The position numbers and the translations under genes are program-made. DNA of 64,000 nucleotides from Octopus sinensis (lineage: Eukaryota), in assembly GCF_006345805.1 (NCBI RefSeq), contig NC_043024.1, forward strand, positions 1,054,001 through 1,118,000, read 5' to 3'. The number at the start of each line of letters is the position of its first letter. The first letter of the stretch is position 1. This document shows, piece after piece, positions 1 through 13,064 of this stretch. The notes below the pieces were generated by a model, which was not told the origin of the DNA, did no database searches, and saw only the letters and a list, made by a program, of their open reading frames with translations.

Positions 1-12
1 TACACACACACA

Positions 13-47
<35 letters not shown>

Positions 48-212
48 CGACGGGCTTCTTTCAGTTTCCGTCTACCAAATCCACTCACAAGGTTTTGGTC
101 GACCCAAGGCTATAGTAGAAGACACTTGCCCAAGGTGCCACGCAGTGGGACTGAACCCGGAACCATGCGGTTGGTAAACAAGCTACTTACCACACAGCCA
201 CTCCTGCGCCTA
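48..212 (-). mobile_element. tRNA-derived SINE family A (5' half)
   Basis: The reverse strand reads GGCGCAGGAGTGGCTGTGTGG (A box) ... GGTTCAGTCCC (B box) ... CCTTGGGCAAGTGTCTT (CORE-like). More than 15 similar copies occur in the window. Confidence 0.85.
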
Positions 213-1149
213 TTATATATAATACATATATATGGTGTGTATATATGTATTTTATATTTTTTATGTGAAGGCATTTGGCTTGGTGGTTATGGCATTCAGC
301 TAAAATTTACAAGGTCAGGAGTTCAATACCTGGCAGCATGTCATGTCCTTCAGTATTCCAGTCCACTCAGCTGGCAAAAATGAGAAGTACCTGTATTGTT
401 TAGTTTTGTTTCATTTTGAGAAATAAAAATTTATTTTATTGTTTATTATTGTTTATATTTTGAATTACATGTATATGGGGTCACCGAAATCTTTTAAGTT
501 CTTAGGGCCTCTATGGGTCTTAATCCAGCCCTGATTCCATTGTACCCCACTGCACTACTACGGTGAGCAATCTTGAGCAAGATGTTCCCAAGCAGATTGC
601 TGGAAGTTACATTTTTACTAAAATTAACCCAGAAGGATGAAAGGGAAAAAGTTGACGTTGGCTGCATTTGAACTCATGACCTAAAGGACCGTAATCAAAT
701 GCCACAGACGCCTAGCTGCTTGCCTTAATTATTTCACCAATGCTCTAAGCCAGGAAGTTGTGGCATCATGCTTTTCCCCTGGGAACGGTTTGGATGCGAA
801 CACTAATAAAAGCTTTAATGAAAATAAAATAGAATGGTTTTCTTACTTCGTTGAGAATGGTAATTCTGTGTTATTGGAACAATGTCAAGCAAAAGGAAGT
901 TGTGGGAGAAAAGATGAAAAGAGCGAAGAGGAAAGAAAATAACGGAAATGGTGGGAAAAAGAAACAAGGATAAGTGAAACGAGAAAGGAGATAATAGAGA
1001 GAGGGGGGGGGAGAGAATAAATGAGGGAAATATAGAAATATAGAGTTGAGAAGGTGAGAAGGTGAGGGAAGGTGTGAGGGTGTTATGAGAGTCTTACAGC
1101 TTCAGAGCTGAGCTGTTGGTGATATGCATGAGTGTGTGTGTGTGTGTGT

Positions 1150-1195
1150 GTAGCTAGCTAGATAAATAGATAGATAGGTAGATAGATAGACAAAC

Positions 1196-1249
<54 letters not shown>

Positions 1250-1295
1250 GTAGATAGATAGATAGGTAGATAGATAGGTAGATAGACAGACAAAC

Positions 1296-1329
<34 letters not shown>

Positions 1330-1414
1330 ATGGATAGATAGGTAGATAGATAGGTAGATAGACAGACAAACAGATAGATAGATAGATAGATAGATAAATG
1401 GATAGATAGATAGG

Positions 1415-1446
<32 letters not shown>

Positions 1447-1524
1447 TAGATAGATAGATAGAGAGATAGACAGACAGACAGACAGATAGATAGATAGAGA
1501 GATAGATAGACAGACAGACGGATT

Positions 1525-1576
<52 letters not shown>

Positions 1577-1582
1577 GATAGG

Positions 1583-1614
<32 letters not shown>

Positions 1615-1675
1615 TAGATAGATAGAGAGATAAATAGACAGACAGACAGACAGACAGATAGATAGATAGAGATAT
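1150..1675. repeat. (GATA)n/(GACA)n compound microsatellite
   Basis: Directly visible. Confidence 0.95.
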
Positions 1676-2441
1676 GTTTCTTTATTAGCCACACAGGGCT
1701 GCACACAGATAGAAAAATTACAAGGTAGAGCTTTTCTTTTGAAGGTATTAAAAAAAAAAAAAAAAAAAAAGGAAGGGGGAGGTTCGATCAAAAGGATCGT
1801 AAAAGGAGAGAAAGAGGACAAAATAAGGGGGGGGTTAAAAAAAAAAAAAAAAAAAAAAAAAGGGGGGAGAGGAAAAAAAATGATCAATAGGGATCGTTAT
1901 CACAGAAATGTCAATATGAAGTGTAAGGGGAGGACAGGTGAGGTTTACCGTGGAAAAAAGCCTGCGGAAAAGACCACGGTAACCTCGGTCAATGAAGTCA
2001 CATTTTATATTTCTTTTTTTTTTTTTTTTTTTGCAAATAAGCAACTCTCTGTTTTCGATTTCTGGGTTCATAGGACTATGCTCAAGGTGGCTTCGTCATT
2101 CATACGTGCCATTCTTGCTACATTCACCCATCTTTTTTTAAAACATTCGCTAGACAAAACTTGCCTCTCTACTCTCACTTTCCTTTTCAAGTGGTACTTG
2201 AAGAAGTTGATGAGAGATTGACCAGAGAGGAAAGTGTTTGTCTCCAATCCTTTCAGACGCGTCCACCAGATACATTCTTTCGCCATAGCCACAAGATGAT
2301 GAAAATAGCTCTTCCTTCCCGTTTGAAGGAGGAGGCGTGACAATTTGACGATAGACTCAGCTGATAAACCGACTCGTCCCACACGTGACAGCAGTTGTTC
2401 GACATAAGCCCACAGGTCGGAAATTGTTGGACACTGAACGA
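1676..2441 (-). mobile_element. 5'-truncated L1/Tx1-like non-LTR retrotransposon (ORF2 C-terminus plus 3' UTR)
   Basis: The minus strand encodes a frameshifted [21 protein letters not shown]...[14 protein letters not shown]...[13 protein letters not shown]...F.KRW, resembling the region after the zinc knuckle of L1/Tx1 ORF2. A T-rich 3' UTR with AATAAA lies just before the (TATC)n tract. Confidence 0.7.
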
Positions 2442-2496
2442 GATAGAGAGATAGATAGACAGGCAGACAGACAGACAGATAGATAGATAGATAGAG

Positions 2497-2527
<31 letters not shown>

Positions 2528-2565
2528 TAGATAGATAGAGAGATAGATAGACAGACAGACGGATT

Positions 2566-2626
<61 letters not shown>

Positions 2627-2627
2627 G

Positions 2628-2659
<32 letters not shown>

Positions 2660-2781
2660 TAGATAGAGAGATAAATAGACAGACAGACAGACAGACAGAT
2701 AGATAGATAGAGAGATAGATAGACAGACAGTCAGACAGACAGATAGATAGATAGAGAGATAGATAGACAGACAGACGGATT

Positions 2782-2827
<46 letters not shown>

Positions 2828-2835
2828 GAGAGAGA
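2442..2835. repeat. (GATA)n/(GACA)n compound microsatellite
   Basis: Directly visible. It shares the diagnostic GACGGATTGATAG interruption with 1150-1675. Confidence 0.95.
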
Positions 2836-4222
2836 GGTTTGGTGATGGAAACAGGAAAAATAGAACTCAGAACATGGGTGTATATATCTTTTAATGAATA
2901 TTTAGCAGAAGCAACAGAGCGACTCAAGGGCTCAGAGTTTCGTGCATTCGCACTTATCAAGGCTAGATGTACAGACAGAGTGTGGGAAGTCAGTGAATGT
3001 GAGATGCAGAAAAAGAGAGAGAGGGTGAAAGCTTAAGAGCAATAGAGGGAGAGAGAGAGATAGCGAGGGAAGTGAAGAGAGACAGTGAGTCAGCGAGAGG
3101 GGGTAAGGAGGAAGAGGAACTGTAAGAGAAAGAAAGAGAAATAATAGGAAGGAAAAGGAGTGTCGTAAAAAAATGGAGGAGGTAAAGGAAGAGTGATGAA
3201 TACACAGAAAGGAAGGGGAGGCAACTGAGGGAGAGGAGGAGGAGGAGGTGGAAAAGGGAACAGAGGGGGAGGTAAACGAGAGAAAAAAGTTTCTTTTTTT
3301 CTTTCTTTTCAGAAGCTGTCGGAGGGGGGGGGATACACCGAAGTGAATTTATATATAAAGAGAATGTTAGGTCTGCAAACGAAGAAAGCTATATCCGTAC
3401 ATTCTTCTTTGAAATAAGGGTAGATGATACGGGTGGAAGTTCAACACTCCACAACACACTTCCTAACTCTTGTAAAATACCTCTGAAGATATCTGAAAGA
3501 GAGAATGATGCAGCGATGGTGGTGGCGGTGGTGGTGGTGGTTGTGGGGGTGAGATAAGTAATAAGGAAAACAGAGACGAGAGAACAGATACAAAAAGGCA
3601 GGTGAAAAAAAGATCGTTGGGGAGAGAGAGAGAGAGACAGAGGTAGACGAATAGATTCAGAGAACGATGGGGGAATGAATCAGTGGCTCTCAGACAGGGC
3701 AATGTGGCACACTGGTGAATCGTAGGGGGACCCGGGTGTCTATGGGGGTAACTTTCACTGGTTTCTGTCATTGGACTGTGACCACCCTGGGTCGCCGCCT
3801 TGGAGGGTTTTAGTCGAATAAATCGGCCCAAGTGCTTCTTTTTAAAACCTGGTATTTATTCTATCAGTCCCCTTTTGTCAAACAGTTAAGTCACGGGGGT
3901 GTAAACACACCAACACCGGTTATCAAACGGTAGTGGGAGGCAGACATACATACATAAATATAAACATCTATATGTGTGTGTGTATGTGTCTGTGCTTGGG
4001 AGTGTGTATATACACACACAGACATATATATAAAATTATAATTAAGGGTATCTAAAAGATACTATCATGCTAGAGATAGCAGTCAAAACTTGACTCTAAA
4101 ATCACATTATGAATTCATACAGCACGAGGAGAAATTATTAATAATTATTACCTATAAGGTTTTTATTCCCATGCTGGCCACTTGATATGATCGGTATTTT
4201 AAATAACAATCTTATCCTTATT

Positions 4223-4279
<57 letters not shown>

Positions 4280-4575
4280 AGCTCTGAGCAATAAGTATCT
4301 AGACTGTGCCCATATTTACAAAGCTATTGCACACAAAGTGAAGCCGATTTGCAAAAGTTGACCTTGGACTCTGCTATGCATGCACACTAAGATTTAACAT
4401 TCTAGCTCACTTCCAGTGTTTGGAAGGAAGGTGTGTAGTGTGTGATCGTCACATTGACCGTGGCAGAGAAAGTTGTTATGGTGATACCTGCTCAGAGGCC
4501 TGTGCAAAGTTGCAGAAGGTGTATGAGTGGTTCAAACGTTTCTAAGATGGCTGAAAAATGTCAGTATTGACAAAC
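4280..4575 (+). mobile_element. Degraded mariner-like transposon 5' fragment
   Basis: Remnant AKLQKVYEWFKRF*DG resembles the mariner HTH motif (xxEWFKRFKxG). It contains stops and deletions. Confidence 0.5.
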
Positions 4576-4582
4576 ATATATA

Positions 4583-4659
<77 letters not shown>

Positions 4660-4692
4660 ATACTGGGAGGATAAGAAACGGAACGAAGTGAC

Positions 4693-4926
4693 ATGCGCAT
4701 GGCTCAGTGGTTAGAGCATCGAGCTTACGATCGTGAGGTTGTGGGCTCGAATCTCGGACTGGGCTGCGTGTTGTGTTCATGAGCAAGACGCTTTATTTCA
4801 CGTTGCTCCAATCACTCAGCTGTAGAAATGAGTTGCGATGTCACTGGTGCCATCACTGTTGCCTTTCCCTTGGATAACGTGGAGAGGGGGACGGGGGTAT
4901 GCATGGGTGACTGCTGGTCTTCCACA

Positions 4927-4930
<4 letters not shown>
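4693..4930 (+). mobile_element. tRNA-derived CORE-like SINE (family D)
   Basis: TGGCTCAGTGG A box, GGCTCGAATC B box and TTGTGTTCATGAGCAAGACGCTTTA core. Relatives lie at about 265, 17770, 32415, 32675, 40270 and 60620(-). Confidence 0.75.
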
Positions 4931-4984
<54 letters not shown>

Positions 4985-5299
4985 AGGGACATGCTGCCTA
5001 GGTAAGCAAAGTAGGCAGTGCCTACCCTGAATAAAATAGATCGATAGCAACATTTTCCTTTTAAGGCAAAATATGGACCTAATTCAATAAAATTATGAAG
5101 GTTAAACTCTGATTTCCCCTTGAACATTAGATCAGCACCTTGTCACCTCCTTCGCTAACCCCTGGCTAACTCTCTGAATTTGCAGGTAACTGAGTTTATT
5201 CATAGCAAGTCAAGGGGATGCTGTTAGTCTTCAGTCGGGTGATCTTTCCCGTTGAGCATATGTAATAACCAGTTCCAGATTCACTTCAAGGAAGTAACA

Positions 5300-5549
5300 C
5301 TAAATTTTTTGATAAAAGTGAAGAGATCGCTGTAACAGACGATAGTGACCGCCATAACAGACGACAGTGACCGCCATAACAGACGATGGTGATGATGAAA
5401 CTGACATAAGCCAACGAGACATACTTTGTCAAACAGATTTGGCTCACGAAAATGCTTGTTTTCCTCAGCTAAAACCTGAATTTAACAAAGTTTTAAATAA
5501 GGTAAGAAAAATTTCAAAAGTTTTCCGTAAATCTCCTACAAAAAATGAA
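5300..5549 (+). mobile_element. Truncated duplicate of the hAT transposase fragment
   Basis: FPQLKPEFNKVLNKVRKISKVFRKSPTKNE is nearly identical to about 6040-6131. Confidence 0.7.
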
Positions 5550-5859
5550 CCGGACTTGTGGCTGCGAGGGTAACTTTCTAGGTGCAATCCCATGGTCAGT
5601 GTTGTGACTGAAGGGGGTCTCAGATATATATATATATATATATATATTGGGTTGCCATATGTCTTTGCTTTCCCCTTGAACGTTAGATCAGCGCCTTGTC
5701 ATCTCCTTCGCTAACCCCTGGCTGACTCTTTGAATTTGCAGGTAACTGAGTTTATTCATAGCAAGTCAAGGGGATGCTGTTAGTCTTCAGGCGGGTGATC
5801 TTTCCCGTTGAGCATATGTAATAACCAGTTCCAGATTCATTTCAAGGAAGTAACACTAA

Positions 5860-6750
5860 ATTTTTTGATAAAAAAAGTGAAGAGATCGCCATAACAGACG
5901 ACAGTGACCGCCATAACAGACGATAGTGACTGCCATAACAGACGATGGTGATCCCCATAACAGACGACAGTGATGATGAAGCTGACATAAGCCAACAAGA
6001 CATACTTTGTCAAACAGATTTGGCTCACGAAAATGCTTGTTTTCCCCCAGCTAAAACCTGAATTTAACAAAGTTTTAAATAAGGTAAGTAAAATTTCAAA
6101 ACTTTTCCGTAAATCTCCTACAAAAAATGAAATTTTGCAAGATTTTGTAGGAGTGAACTTTGATAACAGAGAATATAAACTTCTACTGGATTGCAGAACT
6201 CGGTGGAATGGCTCATTCCATATGATTGAGAGATTTTTGGAACTGAAAAGCTGCATTCCAAATGCTCTACGAGCAGAACTTTCCACAGATGCCCATCGCT
6301 GACGAAGAATGGAAATCTCTCAATTTACTATATGAAATTCTGCATTCAGTAGAAATTCTTTTGAAGGCTATTTGCGCTGATGATTCGGGTTTACTGAAAG
6401 CGGAATATTCGATAGAGTTTTTAGTGAATAAACTTAATATCGTCGGCAACCCTTTGGCTCTAAATCTTCGTGAAACACTTCTGCATAGATATAATAAGAG
6501 AAGAAATGTCGAAAGCTCGACTCTCTTGAGGTATTTACATAACCCAAGGAAATTTAAAGGTGAGTCAATTTCTGGACCTTTTCTATTTTTTAACGAAACA
6601 ACATTTAAGGAAGTATGCTGAACAAACATATTAGGAGATTATTTCCTGAACCTGATGCTGAGAACACAACAGAATTATAGAAAGAAAATGAAATAGGAGG
6701 GAACCTAAAACCAAGTGTTACTGTTGTCCCATCTACTTATGAAGGTAATG
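5860..6750 (+). pseudogene. hAT-superfamily transposase remnant (frameshifted)
   Basis: KISKLFRKSPTKNEILQ...KLLLDCRTRWNGSFHMIERFLELK (the hAT TRWNS motif), then EEWKSLNLLYEIL...LLRYLHNP in the next frame. Short 21-bp tandem units CGCCATAACAGACGACAGTGA lie at the 5' end. Confidence 0.85.
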
Positions 6751-6780
6751 GACTCATTCGTGAATACACAAGCGCAAGGA

Positions 6781-7013
6781 AGAAAATGAGGTACTCAGAA
6801 ATTCGGATGGTTTTACATTTACAGATATTTATTTGTATATTACATGTTTTTATGCATCATATATCTTATATCGTATATCATATATTAGCGCTTTCGTCCA
6901 TTCTGGTGGATTTTTTAGATGGAACCTAGTTCCATTTGAAAAAAGCATGTAATATACAAATAAATATCTGTAAATGTAACCCCATCCGAATTTCTGAGTA
7001 CCTCATTTCTTCT
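6781..7013. mobile_element. Fold-back element (about 70-bp inverted arms) with a degenerate hammerhead remnant in the spacer
   Basis: 6781-6850 is the reverse complement of about 6941-7013. The minus strand of the spacer reads CTAAAAA-atcca-ccagaa-tggac-GAAA-GCGC-TA. Confidence 0.6.
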
Positions 7014-7029
7014 AATATATAATACCTGT

Positions 7030-7050
7030 ACATCATCTCCAAACCTTCTA

Positions 7051-7116
<66 letters not shown>

Positions 7117-7286
7117 ATATATATAATGATGATACATACATACACACACACACACATATATATATATACATACACACACATATATATATGTATATATACA
7201 TACATACACACACACACACATATATATATGTGTGTGTGTGTGTGTGTATATATATATGTATGTGTGTGTGTATATATATGTACATC

Positions 7287-7317
<31 letters not shown>

Positions 7318-7354
7318 TATATATATATATATATATTATATATATATATATATA

Positions 7355-7386
<32 letters not shown>

Positions 7387-7500
7387 ACTACATATGTATG
7401 TATATATATATATATTATATATATATATATATATTATAATATATATATATATATATACATACTACATATGTATGTATATATATATATATATATATATATA

Positions 7501-7588
<88 letters not shown>

Positions 7589-7783
7589 GTGTGTGTGTGT
7601 GTGTATGTATGTATGTATATATATATAATGATGATACATACATACACACACACACCATATATATATATACATACACACACATATATATGTATATATACAT
7701 ACATACACACACACACACATTATATATATGGTGTGTGTGTGTGTGTATATATATGTATGTGTGTGTGTATATATATGTACATC

Positions 7784-7870
<87 letters not shown>

Positions 7871-7944
7871 TATATATATATATATATACATACTACATAT
7901 GTATGTATATATATATATATTATATATATATAATATATATATAT

Positions 7945-8001
<57 letters not shown>

Positions 8002-8046
8002 ATATATATATATATATATATATATATCTATATATATATATTATTA

Positions 8047-8078
<32 letters not shown>

Positions 8079-8080
8079 GT
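7030..8080. repeat. (TA)n/(TG)n compound microsatellite with an internal duplication of about 500 bp
   Basis: The marker AATGATGATACATACATAC recurs at about 7125 and 7628. Confidence 0.85.
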
Positions 8081-8440
8081 AGTATGTATATCAAAAAGTT
8101 TGCCTCAGTTCCCTATGATTTAAACTTTTTGACGCGTGTGTGAGTGAATGCACCCCGTAAGTAAGTGATACAGATATTTAAGTAAGATATATCCAGAGAT
8201 AAAGAAAGAGTGTGACGACGATCTGAAACGGGTAAGAAGATAACAACTGAAAGAATAACACCAACAACATTACTGTTCGCCATCCCCCACCCCCGGACCC
8301 CGACCCCCCTCTCTCTCTATCTTCCTCTCTCACACTTTCTGCCATTTATTTATTCCTTTTTCTGCCCCCCGTCACACATAGTCTTCCTCTCTCTGTCTCT
8401 CTCTCTCAATCACCATAACCCCCCTCTCTCTCTGTTTATT

Positions 8441-9063
8441 TCTCTCTCTCTCTCTGTTTCTTTGTCTGCCTCTCTCTCTCTGTTTCTCTCTCTATCTCTC
8501 TCTGTTTCTCTGTCTGTCTCTCCCCCTCTCTCTGTGTGTCTCTCTCCCCCTCTCTCTCTGTGTCTCTGTCTCTGTCTCTGTCTCTCAATCACCATAACCC
8601 CCTCTCTCTCTCTGTTTCTCTGTCTCTCTCTCGTTCTCTCTCTCTCTGTATCTCTCTCTCTCTTTCATGATCCATTCTCCTTTTATAACTTCAGGCCTTT
8701 CTTCTTCTTTCCTCCCTCAACTCTTATTGTCTGTCTGTTTGTCGTTCTCCCACCCCTCGTTCTCTTCTATAAATAACTTCTTTCTCCCTCCCTCCCTCCC
8801 TCCCTCCCTCCCTATTGCCCTTCACTCACACTCACACACACACACATTAATGTTTGTTTTTTATGTAGAATTTATAATAAAAAACAATTTTACATCAATC
8901 TGAAGAAAACACTCAATTCTTTTTGTTGAGTTCATATTATTATTATTATTATTATTATTATAATCTTTACAAGAAGAGGGGGTGAATAGTGACTTCGAAG
9001 TTTCGGCCTGCTAACCTTCATCGATTTCTCCCCACCCCTCTCTCTCTATATATATATGTGTAG

Positions 9064-9094
<31 letters not shown>

Positions 9095-10158
9095 CAGAGA
9101 CAGAGAGAGTAGAGGGGTTTGCTCTACACGAAACTGTTAGTCCTTGAGTCACTTTGCAATATTCTGCCGGTTAAAAGTAATATATATATATATATACACA
9201 CACACATACACATACAGACATACATATACACACACAAACACACGCACTTTGTGTGTGCGTGCGTGTATGTGTTATATACATATATATTTATACATATAGA
9301 CACACACACACACATATATTATATATGTACATACATATATACACACACACACCCCACTTTAAATGCATATCTAAACTCTCACGATCTGTCTGTTAGTCAC
9401 TCGCTTTCTCCCTCCCTCCCTTACTCTCTTCCTTATATATATCTCTCTCTCACTATCCCTCCCTCCCTCCCTCTCTCTCGCTGTATCTCTCTCTCTTTCG
9501 CTCCCTCTCTCTCCTACTCTCTCTCACTCTTTCGCTCTCTTTCTCTCTCTCTCTCTGTTTCTTTGTCTGCCTCTCTCTCTCTGTTTCTCTCTCTATCTCT
9601 CTCTGTTTCTCTGTCTGTCTCTCCCCCTCTCTCTGTGTGTCTCTCTCCCCCTCTCTCTCTGTTTCTCTGTCTCTCTCTCTCAATCACCATAACCCCCTCT
9701 CTCTCTCTGTTTCTCTGTCTCTCTCTCGTTCTCTCTCTCTCTGTATCTCTCTCTCTCTTTCATGATCCATTCTCCTTTTATAACTTCAGGCCTTTCTTCT
9801 TCTTTCCTCCCTCAACTCTTATTGTCTGTCTGTTTGTCGTTCTCCCACCCCTCGTTCTCTTCTATAAATAACTTCTTTCTCCCTCCCTCCCTCCCTCCCT
9901 CCCTCCCTATTGCCCTTCACTCACACTCACACACACACACATTAATGTTTGTTTTTTATGTAGAATTTATAATAAAAAACAATTTTACATCAATCTGAAG
10001 AAAACACTCAATTCTTTTTGTTGAGTTCATATTATTATTATTATTATTATTATATATATCTTTACAAGAAGAGGGGGTGAATAGTGACTTCGAAGTTTCG
10101 GCCTGCTAACCTTCATCGATTTCTCCCCACCCCTCTCTCTCTATATATATATGTGTAG

Positions 10159-10189
<31 letters not shown>

Positions 10190-10645
10190 CAGAGACAGAG
10201 AGAGTAGAGGGGTTTGCTCTACACGAAACTGTTAGTCCTTGAGTCACTTTGCAATATTCTGCCGGTTAAAAGTAATATATATATATATACACACACACAT
10301 ACACATACAGACATACATATACACACACAAACACACGCACTTTGTGTGTGCGTGCGTGTATGTGTTATATACATATATATTTATACATATAGACACACAC
10401 ACACACATATATTATATATGTACATACATATATACACACACACACCCCACTTTAAATGCATATCTAAACTCTCACGATCTGTCTGTTAGTCACTCGCTTT
10501 CTCTCCCTCCCTCCCTTACTCTCTTCCTTATATATATCTCTCTCTCACTATCCCTCCCTCCCTCCCTCTCTCTCGCTGTATCTCTCTCTCTTTCGCTCCC
10601 TCTCTCTCCTACTCTCTCTCACTCTTTCGCTCTCTTTCTCTCTCT
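8441..10645. repeat. Tandem duplication of about 1.1 kb (two near-identical copies)
   Basis: Matching ORF-track peptides recur at an offset of 1095 (8667/9762 and 9119/10214). Confidence 0.95.
8988..9027 (-). ncRNA. Degenerate hammerhead-like motif (second copy at about 10083-10122)
   Basis: The minus strand reads TCGATGA-aggttagcaggcc-GAAAC-TTCGAA-GTC. Stem III is palindromic, but the core deviates from CUGANGA and stem I is weak. Confidence 0.4.
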
Positions 10646-10667
10646 CTCCTCTCTCTCTCTCTCTCTT

Positions 10668-10784
10668 CCACTGCTGCAGCATCCGTTCGTGGCTGCCCTG
10701 CCCAGGCTGTTAAGGCAAAATAACTATAAAGGAAGGAAGACGGAAGAACAAAACATTAAGGACTTCTTCTTAAGACTGGAAAAG
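10668..10784 (+). other. Candidate non-coding 5' UTR exon of the + strand gene
   Basis: Non-repetitive, GC-richer island directly after a long (CT)n tract. It ends in AAG|GTAATC, a donor-like site. The start is uncertain and linkage to the downstream exons is inferred. Confidence 0.4.
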
Positions 10785-11417
10785 GTAATCGTGTACAAAC
10801 GACGGAAGAAAGGAGAGAGACAGAGTGAGAGACTGAGAGAGAGAGAGAGAGAATGATAATAATAATAATAATAATAAAACTAACACGTCTGAACAAATAC
10901 TATTAACACTAATAATATTAACAAGAGCAACATTATTCGGGGGGAGCCAACGAGGAAGCCTCTGGGTGGTCGTTATTAATTGCTAGAAACAGCAGTCGCG
11001 TATCTCCCCCGTATCACGCACCGTCGAGTAATTAAGAAAAGAAAAGTCAATTAAGATGTTATAAAGCGGTTGATCTCCTGCAAAGGCGGAGTGGTCACGG
11101 CGGGATGACACTTTTGGTCATTTGTCTGCCCGATCAGAGTTTACCTGTGGTTATAATAAACAACAGCATTTAGCCATTTGTATTTAATTATTTTGCATTT
11201 TAGGAATTTATTTACTGGATGTTATGGATCTGGGGGATAAAATATAATTATATATATATTTCTCTACAGATTTTTTTATAAAACAAATAACATTTGCCTT
11301 TTTATGGATCAATCACTATCGTTTGTGCATGTACGTGTGTGTGTGTATATATACATATATAAACGTGTATGTAATGTGTGCCTATCTGCTTCAGCTATCC
11401 TTATATGTCTTAACATT

Positions 11418-11488
<71 letters not shown>

Positions 11489-11606
11489 ATGTATATATGT
11501 ATGTATGTATATATGTATGTATATATTATGTATGTATGTATATATATATGTATGCATTGTGACCAGCGATGTGTAACAACATCTGATAGCCTGGTCGGTC
11601 ACGGTG

Positions 11607-11644
<38 letters not shown>

Positions 11645-12239
11645 GTTTATGTATATGTATAAATATAATAAATATATACAAATACTTGCATATACATATG
11701 CAATGCTTACACACACACACACATGAAGGATTTGCCAAATATTAAAAAAAAAAGAATTTCTTTACAAGGAAATGGTTAACAGGAACTTCGAAGTGTTCGG
11801 CTTACACTAACTGAATCTAACAAGCCGAAACTTCAAAGTCAGACCTCCAGACCTTTCCTTGTATATATATATTTATGGATGTCTAATCCCGAACATCAAA
11901 CTAATACATTCCATGTGTGTAGGTTGCCTTGTCCGTTAATTGTATTATTCCTTTATTTAAATTGAATATATTTATAAGAATATAAGGAGGTGAACCCTTG
12001 CAAATCGCTGCTCTTGGGTGTCCTGGTGCCGGTGCTTTTTTAGACGGGCAATAAAAAGGAACACTCCTCGTTCGAAAATCGTCTTTGGGAAGTTTGGAAT
12101 TATGATTTCAGATACGAGTGAATAACAGATAGCTTAGCTTTTTTTTCGTTCCCTCTCTTATATGTTATCCATTAATGTGCATATATTATCTTTGTATCTG
12201 TCTGTAGATATATGTATAATAACAGGAACACGCACTCAC

Positions 12240-12294
12240 ATGTCTGTCTGTCTATCTATCTATCTATCTATCTATCTGTCTGTCTATCTATCTG

Positions 12295-12329
<35 letters not shown>

Positions 12330-12380
12330 GTTTCTATCTATCTATCTACCTCTCTATCTATCTGTCTCTATCTATCTGTC

Positions 12381-12444
<64 letters not shown>

Positions 12445-12458
12445 CCTTTATCTATCTG

Positions 12459-12525
<67 letters not shown>

Positions 12526-12528
12526 GTT

Positions 12529-12571
<43 letters not shown>

Positions 12572-12574
12572 GTT

Positions 12575-12618
<44 letters not shown>

Positions 12619-12678
12619 CCTCTCTATCTATCTGTCTCTATCTATCTGTCTATCTATCTACCTCTCTATCTATCTGTC

Positions 12679-12725
<47 letters not shown>

Positions 12726-12750
12726 GTCTGTCTGTCCCTGTCTATCTACA
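12240..12750. repeat. (TATC)n microsatellite
   Basis: Directly visible. Confidence 0.95.
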
Positions 12751-13064
12751 TGTATGCACACATACATACATGTTCACATATGGACGTACATATACACATA
12801 CATGTGTACATACATACCTGCACATTGAGTAAAAGAGAGAGAGAAGAGTTTATGGTAAATTAATTTATTAAAGCCGAAACTTTAATTGAAGTTTCGACTT
12901 CAAATTTTATTGATATAAAAAAAAAAAAGTATTGTCTTACTTTACTCGACAAAAGTTGTTGATGTGAAAATAGGAAAAGAAAAGTCTAAAACATGGATGT
13001 ATGGCTGGATGTGTGTGTGTGTGTACATATGTCTGTCTGCCTATGTATATACTTTTATTTTTTT

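Noticed and set aside
3311-3419. Possible exon after a strong polypyrimidine acceptor
   Set aside because: The donor is weak, there is no recognisable coding content, and there is no link to the other exons.
4693-4765. tRNA genes at SINE heads (also 51950, 60375, 62390)
   Set aside because: A and B boxes are present but there is no clean cloverleaf, and each continues into a multi-copy SINE body.
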